In this document: in pieces, positions 63,708 to 64,000 of the stretch
Numbering within the stretch: the first letter of the stretch is position 1
Layout of the letters: each line of letters opens with the position of its first letter
Origin: Podarcis pityusensis
Lineage: Eukaryota
NCBI GenBank assembly: GCA_964106645.2
Contig: OZ067038.1
Length of the DNA stretch: 64,000 nt
Reading direction: 5' to 3' (one strand)
Translations under genes and position numbers: made by a program
Notes under the pieces: generated by a model
The model's input: only the letters and a program-made list of their open reading frames with translations
Told to the model about the DNA's origin: nothing
Databases searched by the model: none

Positions 63708-64000
63708 GGACGTGCCCAAGGATTAAGGCTTTCTGGGAGATGATCTATAATGAATTGAAAAAGGTATTTAAATATACCTTCATGAAGAAACCAGAGGCCT
63801 TTCTCCTGGGCATAGTCGGCCAATTGGTGTTAAAGAAGGATAGAACTTTCTTTATGTATGCCACAACAGCAGCAAGAATACTTATTGCAAAGTATTGGAA
63901 GACACAAGACCTACCCACTCTGGAAGAATGGCAGATGAAGGTGATGGACTATATGGAATTGGCGGAAATGACTGGCAGAATCCGAGACCAGGGAGAAGAG
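63708..64000 (+). mobile_element. 5'-truncated L1 of the same young family as 43397, inserted into L2; runs off the window
   Basis: Nearly identical to 44287-44579. Confidence 0.9.

Overview
This is vertebrate genomic DNA, almost certainly from a squamate (lacertid-like lizard), judging by Sauria SINEs, BovB, CR1, L2, L1, RTE and hAT/Tigger MITEs. Two host genes are recognisable. The last three coding exons of melanoregulin (MREG, + strand, 20124-22542) are intact with canonical splice sites. An isolated UGT1A-type terminal exon (- strand, 11681-15825) is split by a young 3.84-kb Ty1/copia LTR element and also carries a premature stop. The copia element is the most unusual object. It has ~98.5% identical LTRs, a 5-bp TSD, an 18-nt tRNA-iMet PBS, a PPT and a nearly continuous Gag-protease-integrase frame. 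It has no RT/RNase H, no Gag zinc knuckle and an apparently dead integrase, so it looks like a protein-coding non-autonomous family. Neither gene shows its 5' exons in the window, and the two 3' halves sit back to back, suggesting nesting or a rearrangement junction. The rest is transposon-rich non-coding DNA, including an L1 with a fold-back templated 5' junction and several LINEs whose RT domain is deleted. All calls are by eye, with no database searches; boundaries of old repeats are approximate.
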